Below are positions 1-12,956 of a stretch of 64,000 nt of DNA, piece after piece. The stretch is from Hypanus sabinus (lineage: Eukaryota): NCBI RefSeq assembly GCF_030144855.1, contig NC_082712.1, positions 136,834,001 through 136,898,000 of the forward strand. Direction: 5' to 3'. Position 1 is the stretch's first letter. Each line of letters starts with the position of its first letter. The position numbers and the translations under genes are program-made. The notes beneath the pieces were generated by a model. It saw nothing but the letters and a program-made list of their open reading frames with translations. It did not search any database and had not been told where the DNA came from.

Positions 1-380
1 AAGTGTCGCCACATTTCTGTGCCAATGTAGCATGCTTATAACTCACTGATCCTAATGCTAGTCTTAGAAATGTGGGAGGAAACTAGAGAGACCATACAAA
101 CTCATTACAAACAGTGGTGGGATTTGAACCCTGATCATATAGCTAATCTTATAAGTGTTGCTCTAACTGCTATGCTAACATGCCGCCCCAGCTATGTAAC
201 CATAAATAAAACTCAGAACTTTTGAAATCGACTGTTACTTTAAATTTATAGGGGTATCATAAAAGTGCTTGCAATTACGTGCATAAATATTGGTGAATAC
301 CTTCTTTGATCAAATATGCTGCAGCAGTAATTCGACAGTTTGCATAAGAAGGGGAAGAATTCATGCTTTATTATTTTTAC

Positions 381-737
381 CTGAAACAGTCATGGAAGAT
401 TTTCCTTCTCCATTGTCTGTGCCAATAAAAACAGAACAGATATAATCTCCTTCTTCATTAAATTGCACAAGTGGAAGAAAAAGAGAAGCAATTCCCTTCT
501 TCAATTCGTTGTCAAATATTTCAGCTCCTTTTCTGTATGGTGTATGCTTTCCTCCACCGAACTGATATATTTCTTGTTTGTTAGAAGAGCCAGGTTTTTG
601 AAAGTACCAATAAACTGCAATTCTTAAAAGGTCAATTTCATTGTCCTTGTAACCAGACACACGGCATTCAAGAAGAACATCTTTATTCACAATGGCTTCA
701 ACAGTTCTTGAATTCATAGACACTATTAGGTCACATT
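381..737 (-). CDS. Ig V-set exon of a B7-H6/NCR3LG1-like (B7 family) gene
   Basis: Acceptor ttaatttttacag, donor G|gtaaaa, 357 bp, phase 1-1. Encodes ECDLIVSM...VLLEC...AVYWYF...ASLFLPLVQFNEEGDYICSV...MTVS, with canonical V-set Cys/Trp/Cys and resemblance to the B7-H6 V domain. Orthology is not proven. Confidence 0.85.
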
Positions 738-1109
738 CTGTAAAAATTAAGATCAAAATTATCATTAGTAAGACAATAATTTCTACTACTGGCATCTACT
801 GTTAACTAATTATGGTTTTAAAATCCTGTAGAATCAATTAGAATTTTATTTTAAACAATGCATTTCCTCCTATAAACTGCAGAACTATTTCCCCTCTCCT
901 TTCCCTTGACCCCCTTCCCTCTCCCTTGACCCTCTCCTCTTCCATCCCCTCCCCCACCCCTTCTCTCCCCCTCCTCCCTCAAAAATCGACTTATAGACGT
1001 TTTTAAAAATGGAATTGATTGGTTACACAGGCGTGTGCTATACTGAGATATGACATAGGATGTGAATATCAGCAGAAACAATGACAAAATACAGATGGAT
1101 ATTGTAAAT

Positions 1110-1625
1110 ATCAATGGATCATGGAATCAGACATAATACAGAAAGGAGCCCTTACAACCATCCCCATCTATGCCAACCATGATGCGCATATACATTAATT
1201 TCATTTGCCTGCAATAGCCATATGCCCCTCTATGCCTTTTCTATCCAAGAACCCATGCAAACAACTTTTAAACATTGGATTTGTACCTGCCTTCACTATC
1301 TCCTCAGGTAATCTACTTTAAATAAATACCAGTCTCCATGTGGAAAGTGCTCTCTCTCAAATCTCCCCCCACCTTAAACTGACAGTAGTTCTAGAGTCCC
1401 TGTGCCCTTTTCTACAAGGTCACCTCTGTTTCCTACATTTTAGTGAGAATAAACCAATTTCTTTTTACAGCCTGCCATTCCATAGAACATCTGGTGAATC
1501 ACTTCTGTACCTACTCGATTGTTACTCCATCCTTCCTGTAATGTAGTAACCAGAACTGTGTACAATACTCTACTTGAGGTGCAAACTAACCAATGCTTTG
1601 TACAACTGCAGTTTAATGTCCCAAT
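1110..1625 (-). mobile_element. Old CR1 3' fragment
   Basis: Degenerate similarity to the CR1 ORF2 3' ends found elsewhere in the window. Boundaries approximate. Confidence 0.6.
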
Positions 1626-1629
1626 TCTA

Positions 1630-4050
1630 TGCTCAGGATTTGATAAGCGATCTTGAAGTAAAGGAGCCATTAGGAGGTAGTGACCATAATATGATAAGTT
1701 TTTATCTGCAATTTGAGAAGGATAAGGGCAGATCGGAGGTGTCAGTGTTGCAGTTGAACAAAGGAGACTATGGAGCCTTGAGGGAGGAGCTGGCCAAAGT
1801 TAAATGGACGGATATCCTAGCAGAAAAGACAGTGGAACAGCAATGGCAGGTATTTTTGGGAATAATGCACAAGGTGCAAAATCAGTTCATCCCCCGGAAA
1901 AGGAAGGATTCAAAGGGGGGAAAGGGGCCACAGTGGTTGACAAAGGAAGTCAGAGATTGCATAGCATTAAAAAATAGAAGTATGACAGAGCTAAGGTGAG
2001 TGGGAAGACAGATGATTAGGAAATTTTTAAGGAACAACAGAACTTAACTAAAAAGGCAATAAGGGGAGAAAAAAATGAGGTACGAATGCAAGCTAGCCAG
2101 GAATATAAAGGTGAATAGCAAAAGCTTTTTTAGGTATGGGAAGAGAAAGAAGATAGTTAAGAACAATGTTGGGCCCTTGAAGAATGAATTGGGTGAAATT
2201 GTTATGGGAAACAGAGAAATGGCAGAAGAATTTAATAAGTACTTTAGATCTGTCTTCACTAGGGAAGACACAAGCAATCTCCCAGATGTATAGATGGGCC
2301 AAGGACATAGGGTAACAGAGGAAATTAAACAAATTGACATTAGGAAGGAAACGGTGATGAGTAGACTGATGGGACTGAAGGCTAACAAATCCCCAGGTCC
2401 AGATGGTCTGCATCCTAGGGTACTAAAGGAGGTGGCCCTGGAAATTGCGGATGCATTGGTAATCATTTTACAATGTTCCTTTGATTCAGGATCAGTTCCT
2501 GAGGATTGGAGAGTGGCTAATGTCATTCCACTTTTTAAGAAAGGAGGGAGGGAGAAAACAGAACTATCATCCTGTCAGCCTAACATCAGTAGTGGGGAAA
2601 ATGCTAGAGTCCATTATTAAAGATGAAATAGTGGCATATCTAGATAGCAGTGATAGGATTGGGCTGAGCCAGCATGGATTTACCAAGGGCAAATCATGCT
2701 TGACTAATCTATTGGAGTTTTTCAAGGTTGTAACCAGGAAGTTAGACAAGGGAGATCCAGTGGATGCAGTGTACCTCGATTTTCAGAAGGCATTTGATAA
2801 GGTCCCACATAAGAGACTGGTGGGTAAAATCAGAGCTCATGGCATTTGGGGGGGGGGGAAGATATTGACATGGATATAAAACTGGTTGGCAGATAGAAAG
2901 CAAAGGGTAACAGTGAATGGGTGTTTCTCGGAATGGCAGGTGGTGTCTAGTGGGGTGCCACAGGGCTCGGTATTGAGACCACAGCTGTTTACGATTTACA
3001 TCAACAATTTAGATGAAGGCATTGAGAATAACATCTACTCTCAAACACCTTGTATTCATGTTTCATTTATGTTTGCTTAAAATTAATAAAAAGATTTAAA
3101 AAGAAAAAAGAGAATAACATCAGCAAGTTTGCTGATGATACTAAGCTGGGTGGCAGTGTGACATGTGATGAGGATGTTAGGAGAATTCAGGGTGACTTGG
3201 ATAGGCTGAGTGAGCGGGCAGATACTTGGCAGATGATGTTTAATGTGAATAAGTGTGAGGTTATCCACTTTGGGAGTAAGAACAGGAAGGCAGATTATTA
3301 TCTGAGTGGTGTAGAGTTAGGTAAGGGAGAAATACAAAGAGATCAAGGAGACCTTGTTCATCAGTCACTGAAGGTCAATGAGCAAGTACAGCAGGCAGTG
3401 AAGAAGGCTAATGGAATGTTGGCCTTTATTACAAAGGGAATTGAGTACAAGAGCAAGGAAATCCTTTTGTATTTGTACAGGGCCCTGGTGAGACCACACC
3501 TGGAGTACTGTGTACAGTTTTGGTCTCCAAGGTTAAGGAAGGACATCCTGGCTGTAGAGGAAGTGCAGCATAGATTCACAAGGTTAATTCCTGGGATGTC
3601 CGGACTGTCTTACACAGAGAGGTTAGAGAGACTGGGCTTGTACATGCTGGAATTAAGGAGATTGAGAGGGGATCTGATTGCAACATATAAGATTATTAAG
3701 GGATTGGACAAGATAGAGGCAGGAAATATGTTCCAGATGCTGGGAGAGTCCAGTACCAGAGGGCATGGTTTGAGAATAAGGGGTAGGTCATCTAGGACAG
3801 AGTTAAGGAAAAACTTCTTCTCCCAGAGAGTTGTGGGGGTCTGGAATGCACTGCCTCGGAAGGTAGTGGAGGCCAATTCTCTGGATGCTTTCAAGAAGAA
3901 GCTAGATAGGCATCTTATGGATAGGGGAAATCAAGGGATATGGGGACAAGGCAGGAACCGGGTATTGATAGTACTTGATCAGCCATGATCTCAGAATGGC
4001 GGTGCAGGCTCGAAGGGCCGAAAGGTCTACTTCTGCACCTATTGTCTATC
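1630..4050 (+). mobile_element. CR1 LINE, 5'-truncated, frameshifted ORF2
   Basis: [38 protein letters not shown] and FADDTK motifs across several frames; ctattgtctat tail. Confidence 0.92.
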
Positions 4051-4163
4051 TCAGCCTACAAAAGCAGGCGTAGTAAATTCCTTTTTAATTTCACGTTTTT
4101 TGTCATTTTCAAGGAGCTAATGGATTTACACATCAAGGTTTCTGTCTATCAATGATCCTTAAC

Positions 4164-5113
4164 CAGTGCCGTATTAACCTAGACGTAAAAGTAGCATAGG
4201 CTACGGGCCCCGCCCGCACTAAATGCTGCAGTCAGGTGAGATCGGCATTCTCACCGTATTCTCTCGACTGTTTGAGTGAGTTTTGGGTAAAGGATTCATT
4301 TGCACTTAAATAAATGACTTCAACCATCAGTCTTCCGTTCTTTCACAAAGTACTGTGGATTGAGTTTATAACAATGCATTTCCTAAAAGCTATGAACCCA
4401 GTTTCATTCTGACAATAAAATTTACTTTGCACTTTGAGTTTCGGGGAACTTCCTTTGACTCTGAGAACAAACTGAGACTGACAGCCCCAGCTCCCGGTAG
4501 CAGCCCGTCCTCAGACACACGTCCAGCCAATCAGTGAGTACCGCTGGGAGAACTATGTTCTCATTGGCAGCGGAGTGTCAGTGGGCAGGACGGTGAACGC
4601 TTGGACCCGGAGCGATCTGGGGAAAGGCCGGAGATTGGGAGTTGCACTTCGGGTAAAGGCTGTTACAGCAGCCGGGGTCTGTCACTCATGGTTACCAGCT
4701 GCGGCGGAGAACGCTCATTTCCAAAACTGAAAAGGATTAAAAATGAACGAAGGAGCACCACGGGCCAAAACAGATTGAACAATTTCACTCGAATGAGTAT
4801 TGAACATGAATTTCTGTGTGAAATAGACATTTCCAGTATCATCAACAAATTTGCTCATGCTAAGTCTAGAAAATCTAACTTTTAAATTGTAGATTTGTTA
4901 CTTTTGACATTTGAAATTGATACCTACATGTAAGTAATACTATTACTGAAGTGTCAGACACAATTTTATTATGGCTGCATAGCAGATGAAAAAATTGAAT
5001 TACCTTACTATGCAAGTAAATAATTTATGTCTTAATACTTAAGGCATTTTTAAAAATTTAGGGCCGATTTATAGCAAATGCTACAGGCCCCATGCTAGCT
5101 TAACCTGGCCCTG
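4164..5113 (+). mobile_element. Non-autonomous hAT transposon with a transposase C-terminal remnant
   Basis: Perfect 8-bp TSD tccttaac. Imperfect TIRs cagtgccgtattaacc / gcttaacctggccctg. ORF 4601-4885 ends with the hAT dimerization motif ERSFPKLKRIKN..RST..QNRL...MSIE. Confidence 0.9.
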
Positions 5114-6269
5114 TCCTTAACTCCCTTTCATTTACTCTGTGTTGAAGTTGACCCCTTCGAGTGTATGATCCTCATGCTTGTCTGAATTAAAGTCCATCTG
5201 TCACATTCCACCCAACTTTCCAGTTGATCCATGTCCCACAATGCAAGACAGTAAATCTGGTTTCAACAGCAAGTCTAACTATACTATAGGGTCAGGCCTG
5301 CACTAGAAGAATGAGAATGAGGGATGAAGAAGAAAAAAATAATTTAGCCAGTTACTGTGCCGTTTTCTACTATGTAACTTCAGGTGACTATTTGTATCAG
5401 CATGAGATCAAATCTTTGTATATATCCCAGGTACCTGATACAACAAAATATTTCAAATTTATTTGGCTGAAATGTTAAACTACACCTCAATCACTGTTTC
5501 ACTTTTGACGAAATAGTTTTGCAGAGCCAAGTACATTCCATTTGTCAGCAATTTCACTTCACTGCCTCATATTGGCCATCAGATTGCAGTGAAGACATCA
5601 AATTTCACAAAAACCGTTATATAATTTAATGATATATAGTATGATATATATTTTTACCTCACAAATTCAAAATTTCTTTTTTCCTAAATATTAGTTCTTA
5701 CAGCGATTCAATATCCAAGAAAAAATTGATAGCACGACAGCAATTAAATTTTATAGCATTTTGGTTATGTAAAATTGGCTATGTAAAGTAGAGGGGAAGA
5801 GTAGGAGAAAAAGACTGCTAATATTTGGTATTGCTATATTGTTCCAAGTCTCCAGCTCAAATCTCATCTGATATACTCATTCAATTTTAAATAAAAAACC
5901 AGAAAAAAATGACATTCCTTTTGGGAGGTATAGTACCAATAACCCAAATGTTTTGCTTCCAGCTCACATTACAGAAGTGATGCAGTACAGATTCTTCTGA
6001 AAACTACAGGCCAACCCTGGGGAAGAAACAAGTTTCATTTTTATGCATGTCCTTAAGTCGACTTTGTCCATAAATCAGAAAATACACAAAAATCACTTGA
6101 TGTGCTAATCATAGATCTGTAGCATCAGAACAAATGGCATCAAAACCACATAAGAGTGATAAGAAAGAATAATTATTAAAAGATGAGAAAGAAGAAACCA
6201 GTTTTCTCATCCATAGGAATATGTATTCATATATGTTAGACTTCTGAATTTAAAATTATGGAAGTCATT

Positions 6270-7160
6270 CATACTTGGGGGTGTTGTGGATAGTCTGGAG
6301 GATTGTCAGATGTTACAGTGGGACATTGATATTTTGCAGAACTGGACTGAGAAGTGGCAGATGGACTTCAATCCAGTTAAGTGTGAAGTGGTTCATTTTA
6401 GTATGTTCAATTTGAAGACAGAATATAATATAAATTGTAAGACTCTTCATAGTGTGGAGGATCTGAGAGATCTCGGGGTCAGTGTCAATAGCACACTCAA
6501 AGCTGCTGCACAGGTTGACAGTGTTGTAAAGAAGGTGTATGGTGAGTTGGCATTCATCAACCATGGGATTGAGTTTGAGAGCCATGAGGTAATGTTACAG
6601 CTATACAAAGAGCTTGGTCAGATCCCACTTGGAGTACTATGTTCAGTTCTGGTCACTTCACCAAGGATGTGGATACTAAAGAGTGTACAGAGGAGATTTA
6701 CAAGGATGTTGCCCGGATTGGAGGGCATGCCTTATAAGAATAGTCTGAGTGAACTTGGCCTTTTCTCCTTGGAGCAACGGAGGATGAGAGGTGACCTGAT
6801 AGAGGTGTAAAAGATGATGAGGGGCATTGACCATGTGGATAGCCCAAGGCTTTTTCCCGGGGCTAAAATGGCTAACACGAGGGCGTATAGTTTTAAGGTG
6901 CTTGGAAATAGGTACTAAGAGGATGTCAAGGGTAGGTTTTTCCACACTGAGAGTGGAGGCTGCATGGAATGCAATCTCCACGGCAGTGGTATAAGCGGAC
7001 ACAACAGGATCCTTTAAGAGCATCTTAGGTTATCAAGCTTAGAAAAATGGAGGGCGACGCGCCAGGGAAATTCTAGGCGGTCTCTAGAGTAGGTACATGG
7101 TCGGCACAACATTGTGGGCCGAAGGGCCTGTAATGTGCAGTAAATATCTGTGTTCTATGT
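6270..7160 (+). mobile_element. Degenerate CR1 3' fragment
   Basis: WQMDFNPVKCEVVHF and QRRFTRMLPGL motifs; ttctatg tail. Confidence 0.85.
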
Positions 7161-7756
7161 GGGTACCTGTAAATTAGGCATTCATAACCTGGAAATGGCC
7201 TGTGTTTGTCTTTTGAGTCTGGCACATTCAGTAATGTTACTACTATGAAAGTTAAGAGTTTAAATTGTATCAAGTCGGCTTGGGCTTGGATGATTGATGC
7301 GCTAGGCTTGAGCTTCGATGTTTGCTTAAAATAATTAAAAAGCATTCGATGGGATAGATAAATCAAGATTGAAAATAACTTTAAAATTAATGTCTGGCCA
7401 TTCAGGTGATGTCAGGAAACACCTCATGTATAGTGAAGAATAACCATTCACCAAAAAGGCATTGAAGCTGAAGTGTAAAGAATATTTCAGAACTGCTACC
7501 AATAGTCCTTGGACCTCCAGAAAATAAATAAGTCTGGAAATGGAAAATATAGCAAATCTCAGTTAATGGTAACCAGAAACCTGTTGAAAGCCCTTTTTGA
7601 TTCACTAAAGTTTGTCAGAGAAGGAATTACACATAAATTGATTGTGTGGGTTTCACACAAGCATAGAGCAACTCAAATAAGGATCAATTTCACTGTGTAG
7701 AAATGGCACAGTATCAGCATTCCCTTGGTGTCACAAGCATGAAAAGATATCCAATC

Positions 7757-8643
7757 ACAAACAAGTGAAAATCTGCAGATGCTGAAAATCCAAGCAACAC
7801 ACACTAAATGCTGGAGGAATTCAGCTGGCCAGGCAGCATTTACAGAAAAGAGTAAACCGTCGACGTTTCAGACTGAGACCCTTCAGCAGGACTGGAGAAA
7901 ATAGATGAGGAGTCAGAAGGTGTGGGGAGGGGCGAATAAAGAGCTGGGAAGTTGATTGGTGAAAGAGATACAGGGCTGGAGAAGGGGGAATCTAATAGGA
8001 GAGGACAGAAGGCCATGGAAGAAAGAAAAGTAAGAGAAGTACCAGAGGGAGATGAAAGGCAGGCAAGGAATAAGGTGAGAGAGGGAAAAGGGGATAGGGA
8101 GCCATAACGGGAAGTTCGAGAAATCAGTGTTTATGCATTTAGATCGGAGGCTACCCAGACGGAATCTAAGGTGTTACTACTCCAACCAGAGTTTGGCCTC
8201 ATAGTGACAGCAGAGGAGACCATGGATTGACATGTTAGAATGGGAATGAGAAGTGGAATTAAATTGTGTGGCCACTGGGAGCTCCCGCTTTTTCTGTCGG
8301 ACAGAGTGTAGGTGCTCGGCAAAGCAGTCTCCCAATCTATATTGGTTCTCACCGATATAGAGGAGGCCACACCAGGAGCACCGGACACAGTAGATCACCC
8401 CAACAGACTCACAGGCGAAGCATCGTCTCATCTGGAAAGACTTTTTGGGGCCCTGAATGGTGCTGAGGGAGGAGGTGTAGGGACAGATATAGTACTTGTC
8501 CGTCCCCTGACCACCTAACACTGACTACTCATCTTTTTTTCTCCAGTCCTGTTGACATGTCTAGGGCCAAAACGTCAACTGTACTCTTTGCCATAGATGC
8601 TGCCTAGCCTGCTGAGTTCCTCCAGCATTTTGTGTGTTTTGCG
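7757..8643 (-). mobile_element. Penelope-like element fragment with inverted terminal repeats
   Basis: GIY-YIG-type ORF (VIYCVRCSWCGLLYIGENQYRLGDCFAEHL). Arms at about 7794-7917 and 8521-8642 are reverse complements. Confidence 0.75.
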
Positions 8644-9049
8644 TGAAAAATATCCAGTCCTCGTTTCTTTTTAGTGTGGAAGAAAGGGACAAGAGAATAT
8701 GAAATTACCTAATGTATGTGAAAAGCCCAAGTATCTATAGGCCATCCATAAAACATTAAATGCGGATAAGCCTTAATTATCCATGTGACCTTTACAAGCA
8801 AGTAATATTAAATTAGATGACACCATTGGAGCAAATCCTGAGACCCTACAACTGACCTTGTATTCCTCATGTCTTACCGATCTCCTGGGAAGGGGATTCA
8901 ATGTAAACAACGATACCCACTTCGGTACCTGCCTCTAGACAATGACCTTGGGGGCACCCAAAATCGGGAGGGGTAAACATATAGAAATACTTCCATGCAC
9001 TTAGAAATATGGAAACCGATATGAGAAACTAATTTGTGATTTAGTGGGA

Positions 9050-9480
9050 GATTCACTTTGTCCCGGAAGTCCATGCAGCATAACCCTCAAAGCCGAAGGC
9101 TGGATCACCGGATCAGACCGAGCCCCCGCCCCTCGTTTTACCTGAAAGTCGGAGCAGAGCCAAGACCGCGACCACCCGGGGTACGAGGCGCGGCAGAAAT
9201 TTCCCGGCGCAGCCCATGGCCTCTCCACTTTTCTTCATTTCTCCGTGTGAACGCCGGGGCGGTGACGGACTCGCACTTCCTTTCTTTCACTTTCGCGAGG
9301 GCTTGGCGCTGCGCCTGGGCGGTCTCGCTGAGGGCAGAAACCCCCAACCCGAGTCGTGTTCCGCCACCATTTTCATCGTCGGCGGGCGAGAGAGCCGAGG
9401 CAACCTGGACGTCGACGAGCTTTCATCCCACCGGTCCAGGACTCTTACAACTCGGGATGCCGCGGAACGGTTGTCTGTGT
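9050..9480 (-). promoter_or_regulatory. CpG island / probable promoter and 5'UTR of the B7-H6-like gene
   Basis: GC- and CpG-rich stretch in an AT-rich, CpG-poor background, overlapping the leader exon. ETS-like ggaagt motifs near 9063 and 9273. Confidence 0.7.
9142..9217 (-). CDS. Leader (signal peptide) exon of the B7-H6-like gene
   Basis: Kozak gccATGG, then MGCAGKFLPRLVPRVVAVLALLRLS and G|gtaaaa. It is 76 nt (phase 1) and joins in frame to the V exon (G+AA = Glu, giving ...LRLSECDLIVSM). Confidence 0.8.
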
Positions 9481-10404
9481 TGCAATGAAAGCCGATCATG
9501 GCAGAAAGAGCAACAACTCCTGATCAGTGCCCTCCTCATTGGAATGTCTCCCATCGCCGCTCCACTCTCACCCGCTCCCTTTCTGTTCCCATTCCCTCCC
9601 CTCAGTGTCATCTCCCGCCTCCCCTCTACTTCATGACGTTATTTAATAAAATATTGATTTTTTTTTCAGCAAACCGATTGGTGACGTAAGATGCTGAGAC
9701 CGGAAAAAATGGTAGATTTGTTTTTCTTGTCATATGGTCTGAGGTACACTGAAAGCACTTGTCTTGCATACCGTCCATACAAATCAATTCATCACAACAG
9801 TGCGAGATAAAACAACCTGAGCGTCTCACTTGGCATCTGTAAATGAAAGCAGACAGTCGACGTTCCGGATCGAGACCTATCATCTGGACTGTCCATTTCC
9901 CTCAGCTGATGATGCCTGATCTGCAGTATTCCTCCAACTGGAATACCTGTATACCAAGCTGCAGATACCAGCTTAAATTTGAAGGCTCTTGTCACCTGAC
10001 CTGTTGAGTATTTCCAGTGTTTTCTGTTTTTATTTTAGTTTTCCATTGTCTGCAATTTTGCTTTAATTAAGATTTTCAGAGATTGTAACTATTTTGGTTT
10101 TAATTTTCCCAAATTCCCTGGAATCAAGAGAAGTTCCATTGGGTTGAGAAACAAAAATATCCAATTCGTTATTTCCAAAAGGGAGAGAGATGCAAAGACA
10201 GAAACTCTGGGCTAGCTTGACATCTGACACAGGGAAGTTATTAAATAGAGAAACTATTATTAAATGTTCCAGCACACCATGAGATAAATGCAGCAATTTT
10301 AAGAAAAGTCAGCATGTTTCTGTGAAAGGAAAATTATGTTCAACCAGTTCATTGGAATTCTTTGATCTCTGGATAATGAGGAATTATATGTTTTTATTTA
10401 TCTC

Positions 10405-10680
10405 GAGATACAGTGGGGAGCTGGCCCTTCCGCCCAATGAGCTGTTCTGACCAGCAATCCACTGATTTAACCCCTACCCTAATCACGGGACAATTTACAA
10501 TGAACTATTAATCTACTAACTCTTTGGCTGTAGGAGGAAAATGGAACACTAGAGGAAACCCATGCGCACTTGGGAAGAATATACAAGGTTTCTTGCAGAG
10601 GACACTGGAATTGAACTCAGAACCGGAATACAACTCAAAGCGGTAACAGTGTCCCGTGAGCTGCAATGCTACTCGATATA
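10405..10680 (-). mobile_element. SINE-like fragment
   Basis: Resembles the SINE-like segments at about 20-190 and 29200-29450. Family not determined. Confidence 0.45.
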
Positions 10681-11361
10681 CAATATTGTGCTTATACTTT
10701 CCAGGACACTTTTGAAGTGTTATTGTTGAAAATAAAAGATAATGATGCATGTGGTTATATTGACTTGGATGGAAGATTGGCTGGCTAACAGGAAAATGGG
10801 TAGACTATGTAACTAGGTATTTTTCTGTTTGGCAAGATACAGAGAGAGGAGTGTTACATGTATTTTTACTAAGGCCTCAGCTTTTCATATAACAGATGAA
10901 GGGACTAAAGGTGTGGTTGCTAAATTTGCTTCTGACACAAAGGCACAAACATCATTATAAAGAGGTGAAAAAGAGGCTATAAATTGATGCAGATAGATTA
11001 AGTGGTAATTATTAATCTGGCAAAGGGAGCACAATGTTAATATATTTAAATATCAGTATGAAAATAAGCATAATGACAGATTGCAGAGCTGAGGGATAAA
11101 TATACTGGATGTGCATGAATCCCAACCAATTCATATCCAGTTGCAACAAATTCTGGAAAGCTTACAGAATATAATTTTTTATTAATAGAGGAAATTGCAT
11201 ACCAAAGTAGGGAGGTTATGTTTTAGCTAGATGATGCTTTAGTCATCTGGAGAACTTGTACAGTACTGGTCTCCTTACTTAGGGGAATATATTGATGGAA
11301 GCAGTTCAGACAAAACTTACTAAACTGATACTGGAATAAGAGGGTTGAAGAAAGGTTAGAT

Positions 11362-12956
11362 CAGGGGTCAGCAACCTTTACCACTGAAAGAGCCACTTGG
11401 ACCCGTTTCCCACAGAAAAGAAAACACTGGGAGCCGCAAAACCCGTTTGACATTTAAAATGAAATAACACTGCAGACAACGTTTTGTTTTGCCTTTATGC
11501 TATGTATAAACAAACTATAATATGTTGCATTTATGAAATTGATGAACTCCTGCAGAGAAAACGAAATTACATTTCTGCATGCAACAGAAACATTTTGAAC
11601 TCCGAAAAAAAGACGTTAGGTTAAAGGTTACTTTTAAGTAAAATACTCAACGTCTATTTGAGTCCTTCTTGTATTTATGAAAAACGCCAAACTTAAATTT
11701 TCCGCCAGCAGCAAACCAAAAATAACGTCAGCCGGCTGTCAACCTGAAAAATAAAAGGACTATTTCACTGAACAATGAAAACATATGAATATACGTAAAA
11801 TAATAGGCAATTAAAATATTTATCATACTTGTTCAGGTTGACTCACACCTGACAATGCAGTCGTATTCAGTAGGGATGGATCGATGCTTAGGGGAGTGAC
11901 CGGGAAGGATAATGTGTTTTTTTCCTCTCTGAACTCACAGAAGCGTTTCCCAAACGATGTTTGCATTGCGATGATTGCAGAATGTAAATACTCCGAATTT
12001 ATCATGTCGTGACATTGTTTGAACTCTCTCAAATTGGGCAAGTGAGACAATGTGCCTTTCTGTAAATCTCTGGCAAGCAACGTCAACTTGCGCTCGAATG
12101 CCAAAACATCCTCCAACATGTGCAGGGCTGTGCGTCCTTACCCCGTTGAAGAGCTGTGTTTAGCGTGTTCAGGTGCGCTGTCATGTCTACCATGAAGTGT
12201 AGCTTTTCCAGCCACTCTGGCTGTTCCAGCTCAGGAAAGTTGAGTCCTTTGCTGCCCAGGAAAGTTTTCACTTCTTCCAGACACGCGACAAAGCGTTTCA
12301 GCACCTCCCCTCTGGACAGCCAGCGATAAAAACACGTAGCGGTTGCTACACGCAGTCAGTAAACTGCAGTCAAAAATAGCTTTATTCGAACTAAACAGCC
12401 TTGCTTTTAAGCCTCCCTCAACCCGCCCCCCATGGGCGCGGATGCTGCAAAAGACACGTACTCACAAACCCCCGTAGGCTATCTCCCTTAGCCTGAACGC
12501 TGGCTAATTGTGAGCCCGTTCGGATGTGTCAGGAAATGGGTCGCCACAACATCTTATTTAGATTGTACAAGATCACCATAATCTTCAAATTTAGATTTAC
12601 ATTTCAAAAACTAACAAACTAACATAAAATACATTTTAATTAAATACTGACCATGTAGCGGTGTGCTACACGCAGCGCTAAAATTACGACATGGAGTCGG
12701 TAACTGCAGTCAAAGGAAAAAACCTTATTCGAAATCTTCAGCCTCACTTTTAAGCCTCCCTCAACCTGCCCCCCATGGCGCAGAGGCTCCAAAGCTCTGT
12801 GCTCGCAAACCCCCGTAGGCTATCTAATTGTGAGTCGGTTCGGATGTGCCAGGAAAAGGGTCGCCACAACCAATTATTTCCCAAAGTAACAGGGAGCCGC
12901 AGCACAGACGTAAAAGAGCCACATGTGGCTCCGGAGCCGCGGGTTGCCGACCCCCG
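11362..12956 (-). mobile_element. hAT (Charlie/GTF2IRD2-like) internally deleted transposon
   Basis: Perfect 8-bp TSD ggttagat. TIRs caggggtcagcaacc / ggttgccgacccccg. Transposase fragments (LKRFVACLEEVKTFL...WLEKLHFMVDMTAHLNTLN; VLAFERKLTL). Inserted in a decayed CR1. Confidence 0.9.

Noticed and set aside
738-795. Hydrophobic N-terminus MPVVEIIVLLMIILILIFT of ORF 361-795 as the signal peptide
   Set aside because: It overlaps the T-rich acceptor region of the V exon. A better leader exon with a Kozak ATG, matching phase and a CpG island exists at 9142-9217. Use as an alternative start is not excluded.
9058-9689. Overlapping GC-rich ORFs (for example the 192-aa ORF at 9058-9636) as genes
   Set aside because: No recognisable domain; long open frames are expected by chance in a CpG island.
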